From assembly GCA_034780895.1 (NCBI GenBank), contig JAUZTB010000002.1, forward strand, positions 56,368,217 to 56,432,216: a stretch of DNA of 64,000 bases. Reading direction: 5' to 3'. The first letter of the stretch is position 1. Every line of letters begins with the position of its first letter. The position numbers and the translations under genes are program-made. The notes under the pieces were generated by a model, which worked only from the letters and a program-made list of their open reading frames with translations, did not search any database and had not been told where the DNA came from. The DNA comes from Rhynchobatus australiae. Lineage: Eukaryota. Below, one piece after another: positions 25,740 through 38,700 of the stretch.

Positions 25740-26900
25740 TGTTTTGGGCTTGGAGAGCAATTATCCCAGCCCCAGGACATCACTGCAGGAGCTCATCAGG
25801 GCAGCATCCTAGGCCCAACCATCTTGAGCTGCTTCATCAATGACCTTCTTTCCAATAAGATCAAAACTGGGGATGTTTGCTGATTACATAATATTCAAAT
25901 CCATTCACAATTCCTAGGCAAATAAGCAGTTCATGCCTTCATGTAGCAAGGCCTAGACAAATTCAGGTACATGTGGAAAAATAGCAAGTTCACATTACAG
26001 AAATGGAAATTTTAAAAAAACTGCCAATGCTGGAAACCTGAAATCCTGGAAACACTCAGCAGGCCAGGCAGCATCTGCAGAAAGAGGCAGCATTAACATT
26101 TCAGGTTGAAAACAGAGCGAGGCCAGAGTTAGCCATGGGGATAAGTAGTGATTGATGGTTGATGAAGTGTAGGGCTGGCAGATATGTCAAGTCACACTGT
26201 ACTAATGGAGTGAAAAGAATGGCCAATATCACAAGTAGATGACTTAGAGCAGAAATGGCTAGTTTTGATATAGACAGTCAAAGCGCATCACTGGAAATTG
26301 TAGAATTCTATATCCAGTCCGGAAGGCTGCAACGTGCCCATATGGAAGATGAAGTGCTGCTCGTAAAGCTTGTGTTGGGCCTAATTATAACAGTGCANNN
26401 NNNNNNNNNNNNNNNNNNNNNNNNNNNNNNNNNNNNNNNNNNNNNNNNNNNNNNNNNNNNNNNNNNNNNNNNNNNNNNNNNNNNNNNNNNNNNNNNNNNN
26501 NNNNNNNNNNNNNNNNNNNNNNNNNNNNNNNNNNNNNNNNNNNNNNNNNNNNNNNNNNNNNNNNNNNNNNNNNNNNNNNNNNNNNNNNNNNNNNNNNNNN
26601 NNNNNNNNNNNNNNNNNNNNNNNNNNNNNNNNNNNNNNNNNNAAAAGAGTCCAACCAACCACCCTTGATGTTCAAAGGCACTACCATCACTGACGCTGCC
26701 ACCATCAGTATTCTGGGAGTCACCAATGTCCAGAAAGTCAAATAAACTAGCTTTATAAATACTGTGTCTACTGAAGTAGATCAGAGTTTGGACATCTTGT
26801 ACAGAGTGACATGCTTCATGGCACCCTGCTATTTTCATCATTAACAAGGTAGAAGTTAGCAGTGTGATGCAATAACTTCCACTTGCCTGGATAAATGCAG
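25740..26900 (+). mobile_element. CR1-superfamily LINE RT fragment with a nested Penelope piece (minus, about 26015-26400)
   Basis: AGAHQGSILGPTILSCFINDL and GMFAD motifs at 25785-25885, resuming at about 26660. The insert has a PLE terminal repeat and minus EQHFIFHMGTLQPSGLDIEFYNFQ. Confidence 0.7.
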
Positions 26901-26914
26901 CTTGAACAATTTAA

Positions 26915-27210
26915 ATGTGGTTGGAAAAATGGTGCAGCAATTAACCCCAGAGGCTCCATTTCATTCCCCATGTCAGATCCACCTTTGTATTTTTCACATT
27001 CTCCCCATGTCTGCGTGCATTTCTGACAGGTGCTCTGGTTTCACCTCACATTCTAAAGATATGCTGCAAGGTTATTTGACTACTGTAAGTTACCCATCAG
27101 TGGAAAAGAATTAAAGGTGACTTGATGGGTATGTGAGAGAGAATAAGTTGCAAGGTTCTAGGGAAATGAGGAACAGGGAAATGGGACTAATGGGAATGTT
27201 TCTGTGAAAA
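26915..27210 (+). mobile_element. V-SINE, decayed
   Basis: TTCTCCCCATGTCTGCGTGCATTTC..GGTGCTCTGGTTTCACCTCACATTCTAAAGA. Confidence 0.6.
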
Positions 27211-27819
27211 GAATTAAGCCACCTGACACCAGAGGGTAAAGCAATCTACTTAACTAATGCCCCATCCACAACCCTCTACATTCACCTCCAGCTGTGACTG
27301 CAGTGTACACTATCAACAACATGCACTGCAGTTATTCAGCTAGCGTACTCCAGCAGCACCTTTCAAGAAATAAGAGGAGAATAACTCATGAGGATGAACA
27401 GACCACACCCCATGTCACTACATCTATTGGTGCTAAGCACCAGCTTAATATAACCATTGAAGGTTGAACATAATTGGAGGTGGGGAGCGAAAGGAGGTAG
27501 TGAGCGGCACTAGAGCATCACCTAGGACTAATGTGCTATAGTCAGACACAAGCTAAGGAAATGTAGTATGCTGGTTCAATGGAGGGTGACACCAAACAGT
27601 AGCTGCATTCTTAAGGAATCAAACGAGGATCACAAGAGAGAAGAATTCAGGCAAAGGCTACTTATAGGTGCACATTGAAATATCTGACAACATCTGGCCT
27701 GTCAGAGCAAATGCATAAGATGACCTGTGCATGGAGGTTGTTCATTTTACGAGGAAGTTGGGAAGAGCCAGGAGTGCATCCCCTCCATCCCAGAGGTGAT
27801 ACTGTACANNNNNNNNNNA

Positions 27820-28960
27820 AGATGAGGAGTTGACCACTCTGCTTCTCAAGCCTGCTCTGCCATTTAATAAGATCACGTCTGATCACGTTGTAACCTCTAC
27901 TCTACGGGAACCTTTCATACCCTTGCTTATCAGGAATTTATCCAACCGTGCTTTAAAAATATTTAAAGACACTGTTTCTACAGCCCCTTGAGGAAGGGAG
28001 TTCTAAGGGTTCATGACCGTCAAAGAAAGAATTTTGCTACATCTTTGTTTTCTATAGGTGATCCCTTACTTTTAGGCAGTGATCCCTAGCACTAGATTCT
28101 CACAAGAGGAAACACCTTCTCCACATTCATCCTGTCAAAACCCCTCAATCTTTTACATTTCAATCAAAATGCTTTTCACTTTACTGAGGACTGCATGCTC
28201 AACTAACTACAAAACAGCCAATACAAGTTTCACCTGTCCAATCTTTCCTCTTTTGACAACCTACCCATCCTAGGTATTTGTTTAACAGACCCACGAAATG
28301 CTTCCATGAATTCACATCCTTCCAATACAGCACTGTATACAGTATTCCTGATGTGAGCTCACAAACACTGGAGCTCTGGAGCATAATCTCCCTACTTTTG
28401 TATTCAATTTCCCTAGAAATAAACAGTAACATTCTGATAGCTTTCCCAATTACATGCTGTACCCACATACTACCCTTTTGTAAATCATGCTTTAGGATGC
28501 ACTGATCCCACTACAACTTAGAGCCCTGCAATCTCTCACAAATTACTTTTCTTCATTTTCCTGCCAAAATGAACAATTTTCACTGCTTCCCACATTATAC
28601 CCCATTTGTCATATTTTTGCCCACTCATTTAATCTATCTACATCCCCTTGTTGCCTCTTTATGTCCTCTTTTCATCTTCCTCCCTAGCTTTGCATCATCA
28701 GCAAATTTGGCAACAATTCATTTATATAAATTGTAAAAAGTTAAAGCTGCAGCACTGATCCCTGTGGCACCCCACTCAGTACATCATACCAACCAAAGAA
28801 AGACCCATATATGCCAACTGATTCCTGTAAGCCAGCTAAACTTCTCCTCATTCCAATATGCTACTCCTACACAGAGCCTTTACTTTCCCCAATAACTTTT
28901 GATGTGGCACCTGATCAAATGCTTTCTTGAAGTCTTAGTATATCAACTTGTTTCCCTTTA
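27820..28960 (-). mobile_element. CR1 LINE fragment
   Basis: Minus VQHVIGKAIRMLLFISREIEYKSREIMLQ; AFDQVPHQK near 28900; CR1 tail at 27820-27890. Confidence 0.8.
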
Positions 28961-29469
28961 TCTACATCAAGTTGCTTTGACTAAGAAATAATATCCAAAG
29001 TAGTGCCCATTACCCTTGATACTTAGCAGCACTGCCTTAATAGAAACAGAAGCTTGCTGCTGCAAAGGATGGAATCATTGAAAAACTTATTGCCAAAATG
29101 GAGCATCAGACTGAAGGTGGCAGAGCTAACTACAAAACAGCATAGGTCAATCTACAACACAGATCGATTGATTTCCTGTGGGAACAGAGAGCTATCCTAT
29201 TGGACCACACTGGGAGCTCAGTGGCCAATTTGTTGGCCATTAGATTACAAGGGTGTGGAGGTTTTGGCAACAGCAATGCAATCTGGATCATTGCAATGCT
29301 CATACACACACCATTGTGTGCACAAGAGAACCCAAGTAGCACTGAGTTTGAAAATCCTTTCCTCCCTCAGATTATGAGGATTTTTCCTTCCACTAGCACC
29401 TCTTAAGCAACATCCTCACCCATGTCCTACAGCCAGCTTTTCTAAGACCACAATGTCTCCGGTGGTAAG

Positions 29470-30062
29470 TGTTACGGACTGGGACTATTAGTGAGTGTCC
29501 CTTTAAGATAGTGTGAGTGTGAGTGTGTGTGGCGTGCTTACGTCAACAGAAGATACAGAACGTAATGATGTTGTTTGAACAACCAGTCAGAGTCAGTCTG
29601 GAGAGAGAGGGACATAAGAACACGAGAGAGAGAGAGACCAGCCTGCTTGTTTTCTCTGTCGATGGATGAGAAACAATAACTGTGACTGTCCCTGCAATCC
29701 ACATATGGATTGTTGAGAGTAATCCGGTGGAGTTCACTTTGTCGGTAACCTGTGGAGGAAAACAGGTANNNNNNNNNNNNNNNNNNNNNNNNNNNNNNNN
29801 NNNNNNNNNNNNNNNNNNNNNNNNNNNNNNNNNNNNNNNNNNNNNNNNNNNNNNNNNNNNNNNNNNNNTGGGAATTTGCCACACACACACACACACACAC
29901 AACAAGTTTAGTTAGTTTTGGGAGTTAATGTTCGGGGGTTAACATTTTTACTTCTAACATTTTTATTAATAACTACTTATGATAATAAGTAACATAAAAG
30001 TAAAGTAGTTTTTAACACTTATACATATCTTGGTGTGTTTCTTTTGTTGCTAGTTCGTAACA
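29470..30062 (+). mobile_element. Solo LTR copy 3 (complete termini, internal gap), Gypsy-like, TSD TAAG
   Basis: TAAG|TGTTACG..CGTAACA|TAAG: TG..CA ends with a 7-bp inverted terminus and a perfect 4-bp target site duplication. Confidence 0.9.
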
Positions 30063-31764
30063 TAAGCAACTATCAAAGCCAACCCTTTCAAGACAAGAGC
30101 TGGTCAAAGGCAGTCTACTTCCCTCACTGAAGTGAGACAACCTTCAAGATCCTGGGCACCAACCACAGGGGAGCACTGCAATGCTGTTGTAGAACCACCA
30201 ACTGAGATGAAAGCTAGCACTATGAAAGCACAAAGAGTTCAGAAAATACAAGAAATTTTAGCTATATATATTTGTCAATATTATCCTGAATGAGAGGCCT
30301 TGTATGTTCAAGCATATGTAAATTTAACTTCATTTTTTTATGTAAATTTAACTTAATTTTTATGCTGACTAATGCAATTTTGTTTAAAGAATTCTGCAAA
30401 ATAACAAAAACCTCAATAGAAGTGGATAAATGCAAAGTTCAGTGTTGCTTTATTGTCATCCAGGTTTAGCTCTCACAAGATGGAGACAGCTGGCAAATAA
30501 TTGATATATGGGCACTTGTATTCACCATAATGGAGCAAAGCCTTATCTCACCTTTGGAAATCAGTATTGTGAATGTCTTATCTACCATTTTGTGAAGATG
30601 CAGAAGGTTAAATGTATTTGCAGAAAATGCAAGCTTTTATACATCTGCCTGACCTTTTATGTCCACCTCCAAAGAATACAGGAAGCTTCTATGAAGAATT
30701 GTTTCTAGTAACTTTTGTAATAATAATTCAATGTATGAATATTGAAGCAGTCTCAGGCACGTTTAGTACAGAATCAAGAGCTATTTCTAGCTTATTAACA
30801 GACCAATCATAGAAAGATCAAAGCAACAGACTCAATAGAATGTGTTTCAGCAAAGAACCTTCATTTCCATTGCAGTTTTATCATCAGGCCTTTTCTCCAC
30901 ACAACAGCAAAGAATTCAGAAGCCAGTTTTGACAATGCCTCAGTAATAGTTGAACCCTTAAAAGAACCTATGATGAATACAAGTTTCAATTCTCATTTCC
31001 CTTGCTTGCATTTGAACACATTGCCTCTGTCTGGTCTCTTAGTTGCATGTATTCAAAAGGTTCCATCAAGAAATGCCAATATTTCAATGCTTGGGACCTA
31101 GCCTCTAAATTACATAACCCCATGATGTAACTTAGGTCAAGCACTTTAGAAATCAAAGGTTCAGTATTTTCCCCAGTATATTTCAACATGGTGTTCAATC
31201 TGAGAATTTGGAACACCATTAGATCACATCTTATTGACCAACACCTTAGTTGTGAAATGGACCTGGCAATATATTAGAAACATAATATAATGAAATTATA
31301 CAGAGGAAAATATTTTTTCCAGAACAATTTTTAATGCCCTTTCCAGATGACTGTTACAGTGATCAAGTTCTCTGCTCACAGAAAGGTATAGCCATACAGT
31401 CAGCTAATGAGCACTTTCATATGCAACAGATTTGGCTGCCCACAGAAATTCATCTCCACCTTGTGTTTGCTCCAGAAATGGTATACAAGCCATACCACTG
31501 AATAGGTCCACAACAGAACCTTCTATGGGAGTGGAGCTAATCTTCAGAACTAAATGGGAAATTGCTCAACCCAGAGTAACTACACTCAGGAACCAAGATC
31601 TTTCAAACCTCAGTAGTCAAGCTGCAATATAAAGGCAACACTGGCATTTGCATACTCAGAGGCCATGCTCCGTTAATATACAAGATGGTCCTTACACACC
31701 ACAAAACAAAGATAATGCACGTATCTACCCTGCTGCCTTCCCACAATAAATGTTCATAGGGAGA

Positions 31765-32165
31765 CCCTGGAAAACATGGACCACTTCCCATATTTCAGGA
31801 GCCACCTTTCAAAGGCAGACATCAATGATGAAACATGACAACGAAGCCTTTGAACAATTAAGGAAAAAGTATATTTGAAGATCAAGGTCTCAGAACAGAC
31901 AGAAAACTCATGGCCTGCCCTTCCATATGCTTCTCAGACTTGGACTAACCACAACAGGTACCTCAAAGCACTGGAAAAATACCAACAACACTGTCTCCAC
32001 AAAATCTTCCAAGTTTGCTGAAAGGATATGTGAACTAATGTCAGTATCCTCTCCCAGATCAACATTCCTCAGCTTAAGACTGTAGTTACTCTCAGCTGAT
32101 TACGTTGGGTAGACCACATCTTTCACATGCCCAATACCAGGCTCTCAAAGCAGACACTATTCCAA
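31765..32165 (+). mobile_element. RTE-clade LINE fragment
   Basis: ENMDHFPYFRSHLSKADINDE, ALPYASQTWTNHNRYLKALEKYQQHCLHKIFQ, LRWVDHIFHMPNTRLSKQTL match the RTE ORF C-terminal region. Confidence 0.75.
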
Positions 32166-32379
32166 TCTGTCAGGTGGAGGCTCAGTCATCGTCAGATTAT
32201 TGGATATGATGGGAATTGAGGAATATGTGGCTGGTGCAAGAAAATGATGCTGAGGTAGAAGGTCAGCTATCATCTTACTGAATGGCAGAACAAGCACACA
32301 GGGCTGAATGGCCTACTTCTTCCATTTCTTATTATGAAGCAGCTGTGACCTGTTAAAACTTCAGCAAGTGACAGACTGC

Positions 32380-33055
32380 CCAAATCCTATGGTCCCTACA
32401 CCACCACCTGTTGGATGTAATGGAAACTCCTGACTGCATCTCTTTGTTTGGCTGCACAAGCTGAAGATCAAAGACCAGTGACCACCATTGAGCTTGTTAC
32501 AACAGAAAAATCTCTCTGATGCAGAGGCTTGGAAGTCGAGTGTAACAGTGGCCTTGACCTCCACTGTCAAATGCAGTCAAGCATGGATAGGAGCCGAGAG
32601 TTGATCCCACAGATTTCTGTGACAATTATAAATCAGTTGCACATCCACAATCATTCACTCTCTCCACCATCCGAGCACAGTAGCAGCAGTTTATACATCT
32701 ACAAGATGCACTGTAGCAAATCTACAAGAGTCCTTAGGTAGCACCTTCCAAACCCACAACCTCTACCAGATAAAAGGATAAGGGCAGCGAAAGCATGGGA
32801 CCACTACCATCTGGAAGTTACCCTCCAAGCCACGCATCATCCTGACTTGGAAAAATATCACCGTTCCTTCACCACTGCCTGGGTCAAGATTCCAGAACTT
32901 CCTCCCTATCAGCATTGTTAGTATATCCACACATTAAGGACTGCAGCAGTTCAAAAAGGCAGCTCACCACTGCCTCCTCATGGACAATTAGGGATGGGCA
33001 TTAAATGCTACCTCAGCTTGCCAAGCCCATGTCCCTATAATGAATTTAAAAAACT
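32380..33055 (+). mobile_element. CR1-superfamily LINE 3' end (probably the same family as 25740)
   Basis: CAAGATGCACTGTAGCAA..GCACCTTCCAAACCCAC..CCTGACTTGGAAA..GGCAGCTCACCAC..CAATTAGGGATGGGCATTAAATGCT tail. Confidence 0.7.
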
Positions 33056-33379
33056 CCTCATCTTCATTTATGAAACCATGGATCCCACAGGCCTTTACAG
33101 GTTATGTGAGTGAGAGTGTGAGTGCAAGTACTCATTAGGAGGCACAAAACCATTATGTGCATCATGGGGTATAACTTTTAAATACATCAGTCACTGGCAG
33201 CCATACAGGATGCTTGCCCAGAGTCTCTATCCTGCTTACTTGCCTCACTAAAAGAATAGTGGAGTAATAATTACTGAGACCAGACTGTGATGAATTTGGG
33301 ATACTGCTGCTTAGGAAGTAACAAACTGGTAACCAAGTGCAAGGGAAAAGAACAAGGTTCTCCAGAAAGAACAGCAGTG

Positions 33380-33760
33380 ATGGCAGACAGAGGACATGGC
33401 AAATAAATTAGTGAGCTGAAAAAGTATTAGAGATCACAGCCATTTGCTCTGTACCTAGATGTGGTAATGTTCCTGAGAGTAAATGCCATTACTGAGGTTC
33501 CCGGACATGTTGCAAAACAGAGCAATACAACCATATGTAAATGCAATACTAACACAAGTAGTCCAAACAGAACTGTATAAAATGCTAAGTTTATTAATCC
33601 CACAAACTATGCCCAAGTCTCTTGGGAAAAACTGTCAAAATTTTGCTGGAAACATTTTAATCCATGTCTTCAGAGTTGGACCACCAAGGACCAGAAGAGA
33701 CAGTGGGCAAATATGTTGTCAGGTTAAGGACATTGGTTGAAAACAAAGACCCAATGTGTA
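33380..33760 (+). mobile_element. Possible decayed Gypsy gag fragment
   Basis: Frameshifted pieces MFLRVNAIT, AILTQVVQTELYKMLSLLIP, KHFNP, QGPEETVGKYVVRLRTLVE resemble a Gypsy gag N-terminus. TGGCAGACAGAGGA at 33381 resembles a decayed PBS. Confidence 0.45.
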
Positions 33761-33984
33761 AACAAACAAGAGAACTCCTGGGAGTTCTGACATATTGGGT
33801 CTGGTATTTGAGGGGATGTATGAAGGTCATTGATGGGATGCTTTGCTTAGGACCTGACCCTGCAGTACAGGCATGGAGCAAAGATCAGAGAGATGGTAAA
33901 GGCAGCATGGCTGCCTTTGGGGCAGGGTTATGTAGATACTATTCATGCCGTCAACAGGAAATTAGTAGGTCATAAACAAGCATA

Positions 33985-34450
33985 AGAATTGGGAGTTCCA
34001 GCAGGCCACTCAGCCCTCAAACCAACTCTGCCATTCAATAAGGTTATGGCTGATCTGAGTGCAACTTCAGCTCTGCATCCCATCAAACCACTCTGCTTTC
34101 ACCCCTTTGCTTATCAAGTATCCATCCACCTCTGCTTTAATATTCAAAGGCTCTGGAACTCTGTTCCTCCAGGCACTGGAAGCAAAGATGCTCTCAAGAA
34201 GCTTTGTCTCATCGCTGTCTTGAATGGGTAACCCATTATTTTTGTCCATTCATTGGAGGCTACAATAGGATACAGGTAGGTTAAATCTTTCTCACAACTT
34301 ACTTTCCTACCCATCTTTATGTCCTGAGCAAATTTACAATTTTAACCGTACCTTCATCCAAGTCACTTCTATCATTTTTTTTTAAACGTTGAAGCTCCAA
34401 TACTGATCCCTGTGGCAGATCACTCATTGCACCTTGCCACCAGAAAATTA
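33985..34450 (-). mobile_element. CR1 LINE fragments
   Basis: Reverse tail GGCCACTCAGCCCTCAAACCAACTCTGCCATTCAATAAGGTTATGGCTGATCTG; minus IKAEVDGYLISKGVK. Confidence 0.7.
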
Positions 34451-34540
34451 CTCATTTATTCCTACGCCATTTCCTCTTAGCCAGTTTTGTCTCCTTTAAT
34501 TTTTGAAGAAAGGAGTTACATTTCCTATTTTCCAATTTAA

Positions 34541-35002
34541 TAAGATAAGATTTATTAGCTACATGTACATCGAAATACACAGTGAAATGCATCTTTTGCA
34601 ATAGAGTGTTCTGGGGCAGCCCGCAAGTGTCGCCACACTTCCAGCGCCAACATAGCATGCCCACAACTTCCTAACCTGTACATCTTTGGAATGTGGGAGG
34701 AAACCAGAGCACCCNNNNNNNNNNNNNNNNNNNNNNNNNNNNNNNNNNNNNNNNNNNNNNNNNNNNNNNNNNNNNNNNNNNNNNNNNNNNNNNNNNNNNN
34801 NNNNNNNNNNNNNNGCCAACATAGCATGCCCACAACTTCCTAACCTGTACATCTTTGGAATGTGGGAGGAAACCAGAGCACCCAGAGGAAATCCACGCAG
34901 ACACGGGGAGAACATACAAACTCCTTACAGACAGCGGCTGGACTTGAACCCGGGTCGCTGGCGCTGTAACATTATGCTAACTGCTACATTACCATGCCTG
35001 CC
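34541..35002 (-). mobile_element. Full-length V-SINE with Rex1-like tail (false gap inside)
   Basis: Reverse complement of the 18285 element including B box GGGTTCAAGTCC. 34646-34714 is repeated after the gap. Confidence 0.85.
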
Positions 35003-35534
35003 CAGAATGAAGCCTTTGCTAAATATGCGATATTTTAAAAATAAAATCAAAACAATAGATAACTACCTCTTTTATTAAGACCATCAGATGACATCTATCA
35101 GGACCCAGAGACTTGATAATCCATACCAGCATACTACCTCCTACACCACGAGCTTCCATTTTCCACCATAACTTTCGACACAACACCTTATCAAATATCT
35201 TCTGGAAATCTAACCATAATCCAGCCACAGATTCCTCTATCTACAGCACATGCTACTTCTTCAAAGGACTTCATTAAAGTTTGAGATGAACGTATGGTGT
35301 AAACAGTGTTGCTTTATCTGAATGATGGAAGTATTCGCCCTCCTCAATAGCAATTAGCTCAGAAGTCAACTTGGTGTTTAGATGATACATAAGTCAGCTG
35401 ATTTTCTGGAGCTACAGGACAATTGTTGTACTCTTGTCAGCATTCACTGGGAAGATGGATGGCAAGAAACTCAATGCATTCTACTGCAGAGAGACTACTT
35501 CCATCCAGTCAGATGTGATCGATGTGACAATACA

Positions 35535-35745
35535 AGAGACTGCAGATGCTGGAATCAGGAGCAACAAATAAGAAGCTGGAGGAGCTCGGTGAGTCAGGCA
35601 GCATCTGTGGAGGGACAGTCGACATTTTGGGTTGAGACTCTTCATCTAGACTGGATGAAAGCTCTTGACCCGAAACATCAACTGTCTATTTCCGTCCACA
35701 GATATTGCCTGACCCGCTGAGTTCCTCAGCTTTTTGTTTGTTGCT
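35535..35745. mobile_element. Palindromic PLE pseudo-LTR-derived repeat
   Basis: Arms of about 90 bp, 35560-35647 and 35653-35745, are reverse complements; each carries a decayed hammerhead core. Confidence 0.8.
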
Positions 35746-38700
35746 GTGGTTGAAGTGACTGTGCATAAAACTTGGAAATGGATGCCATATAGAAGGATTT
35801 TTAAAATGGTCTGAACCAGGCTCAGATTGAGCTGGATGCCTTGAGGGAGGAATGTGTTGTTAAGTGGAGGCAATTTAAAGAGCTTCAGCATCCCATGCAC
35901 AATTTTATTAACACTAATACAGTACCCTGCAGCGAAGGTGCTGGAAGAGAGGCTGACAACTGCAGTAAACAAATTGTATGCACTATGAACAATACAGAGG
36001 AGAAAGGTCAGAGACAATGACTTCTCAAACTTCGAAATAATTAGCAGAGAAAAGAAACTGTCCAATGACCACAGAGTGTTGTGATGAGAGTTGCAATGTG
36101 AAACTATGCTTCTTGATTTCATGCATACTCCAATAAAAATGTAAATAAAAATTTTTACTGATGGGTTATAACATCTGGGAATATTTCAGGAAAAAATACT
36201 GCAGTAGTTAAAACAATTGGTCTCAGTGTCAAGTGTTAAAATTGCTCCAGAAATATGCCATATAACATATTCATGATTAGGTACAGTTAAAGTAGGATTT
36301 GTCATAGGTGATGTCTATTGGAGAAGTCATTCATTTGTTTCAGTATTAAGGCACATAATAGACTTTGTTTATATTACAGTGTTAGTAAGAGAAAAGGAGT
36401 ACTGCACATTTATGTTTAAGTGTGTGCACTAGTTATTTGTATCATATGCAAGGTTAACTGATAAACTAATTTCTCAAGTTCAGTTGCATTTTTATATATA
36501 AAAATCTACAGAAAAGTCCTGCAGTACCTATTGTGTGCATCTTTCAGAACTATGTGTACCCTGTGGTATGACTTTGGATACATTGTTGCATAAACCACTT
36601 CTTGGGTATCATAACCATTGATAAAAGGGATGTTTGGCTGAAACCTCTTTCCTGTAGCTTTACTGTACAGTAATATAGAAAAAACCTATAGACATCACCG
36701 TTCTTTTAACAAAAAGCAGCTTTCCTAAATCTTTGAACACAGTGAAACAAATGGAGTACATCACCAAGGGTATGAAAGTGAATAAGTAACTCAGCAAATT
36801 TTATTAAATCAGAAGAGCAGTTCCAAACCACAGGATTCACTAAAAGCAGCACTAATAAAGGCCATTTGGAAAATATTAACATTTCCTCTCCAAGGTACCA
36901 TACATGAACAGTAAAAGGGAGAAAGAATGCAGTGATTAAAGTGGGCCTGCTATTCCCTGAACTAAGGATATTTTTTTCATTGTTTTGCCTCAAGATACTA
37001 TGACACTGTTTCGAGAGACTGCTTGTGGTAAGGCACATTACTTGTGTTTGTTAATGTGTACAGGCTAAGTATTCCAAAATGCTGCACCACTTAATGTGCA
37101 GATATTGGGTACTCAACTGGTCTAAAAGGACCAATGTGATTTATTATCAAAGGCATTAAGGAATGGAAATGGGACCAATAAAGATAAAGTGAAGAAATAT
37201 ATTGTCAAGCAGAACAGTAGCCAATATATTTAAAGTTGGCTTAAGTACAGGAGAAATATGATCCACTAAAAATACAAACAGACTGACTATGAAAGAGATG
37301 CCAAAAACTAATGAAAATGGGAACAAAGGAGAAGAATACACTATTCAGTCATTCAAATCTGCTCTGCCATTTAATGAGTATTTAGCCAATCTGCACTACT
37401 TCCATATACCTAATTAATCTCAGAGACCTTAATAGCCCTGGCTCACACAAAAAAAAATCACTTCCAGATATAAAAATAACAATAGGCCTAACATCAAAAA
37501 GATCTCCAAACTTTTGCCATTCTGTATTTAGAAGCATTCCATAACATCAATCTTGAAACACCCAACTCTAATTTTTTGACAATGCTCTTCAGTCCTAGAG
37601 ACCCCAACCAAAAAAAAGTTTATACTTTCAGTTCCTGTTAATATATTGCAAACTTTGGAAAATAATCAGATGGTTTATTCAGATTCCATGAATACAATAC
37701 TAGCTTGTGTAATCTCCATTTATGATATAACCCTCAGAATCCAAGTATCATTCTGGTAAATTTCTGCTGCATTCATTCCAAGGCCAATATGTCACTTATA
37801 AATTTGCTGTCCACATCTGCTCAGTGTTTATATTTGCACAAGGAGCATGCACTCCTGTCAAAGAACTTTCATGCTCTTGAAGCAAGTAGTGTACAGCCAC
37901 TGTATCACATATTTAATTAAATTTACTTACAATTAACCTCTGTCATTAAAGGTCAGATTCACACACATCAGTATGTATATGATTGTTTCAATGACATTAA
38001 AGTGCGTTGATGTCTTGAACCAACTGTGGATGTGCAGTGAAGCAAATGTCTAACTTTAGACACTATCTTCTCTACTAAAGATAATACAGGTGAAAGTTTC
38101 TATCTAAAAGCTTCAGTTTTCAATTCATCTGCACCAACTTTGCCATTCTATAGGATGNNNNNNNNNNNNNNNNNNNNNNNNNNNNNNNNNNNNNNNNNNN
38201 NNNNNNNNNNNNNNNNNNNNNNNNNNNNNNNNNNNNNNNNNNNNNNNNNNNNNNNNNNNNNNNNNNNNNNNNNNNNNNNNNNNNNNNNNNNNNNNNNNNN
38301 NNNNNNNNNNNNNNNNNNNNNNNNNNNNNNNNNNNNNNNNNNNNNNNNNNNNNNNNNNNNNNNNNNNNNNNNNNNNNNNNNNNNNNNNNNNNNNNNNNNN
38401 NNNNNNNNNNNNNTCAATTTTAACCGACAACTAGAGGCAACTACACACAGAGTGATTAATGGTCTCAGAAGTTCTTTGAGAATGTTAAGTACAGGCAAGG
38501 AGATTGAAAATGATTTGATCGAAGGAGTGAATCTCCAGGATTGGTTGATCACAGCATTCTGAGTCAAGAAGAAGGAAGTAGTTTGTGGAAACAAGATAAA
38601 AAAACTTCTTACTAAACCAAAGAACAGCACAAGAACCTGGGAAAAGCACGAGCAAGTAAAAACCCCCTGCATGGGATTCAAAGAACACTGGGTACCCCAA

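Noticed and set aside
26255-26847. Long ORFs across N runs (also near 38140, 49086, 9532, 20572)
   Set aside because: Their length comes from N bases translated as X; no evidence of genes.
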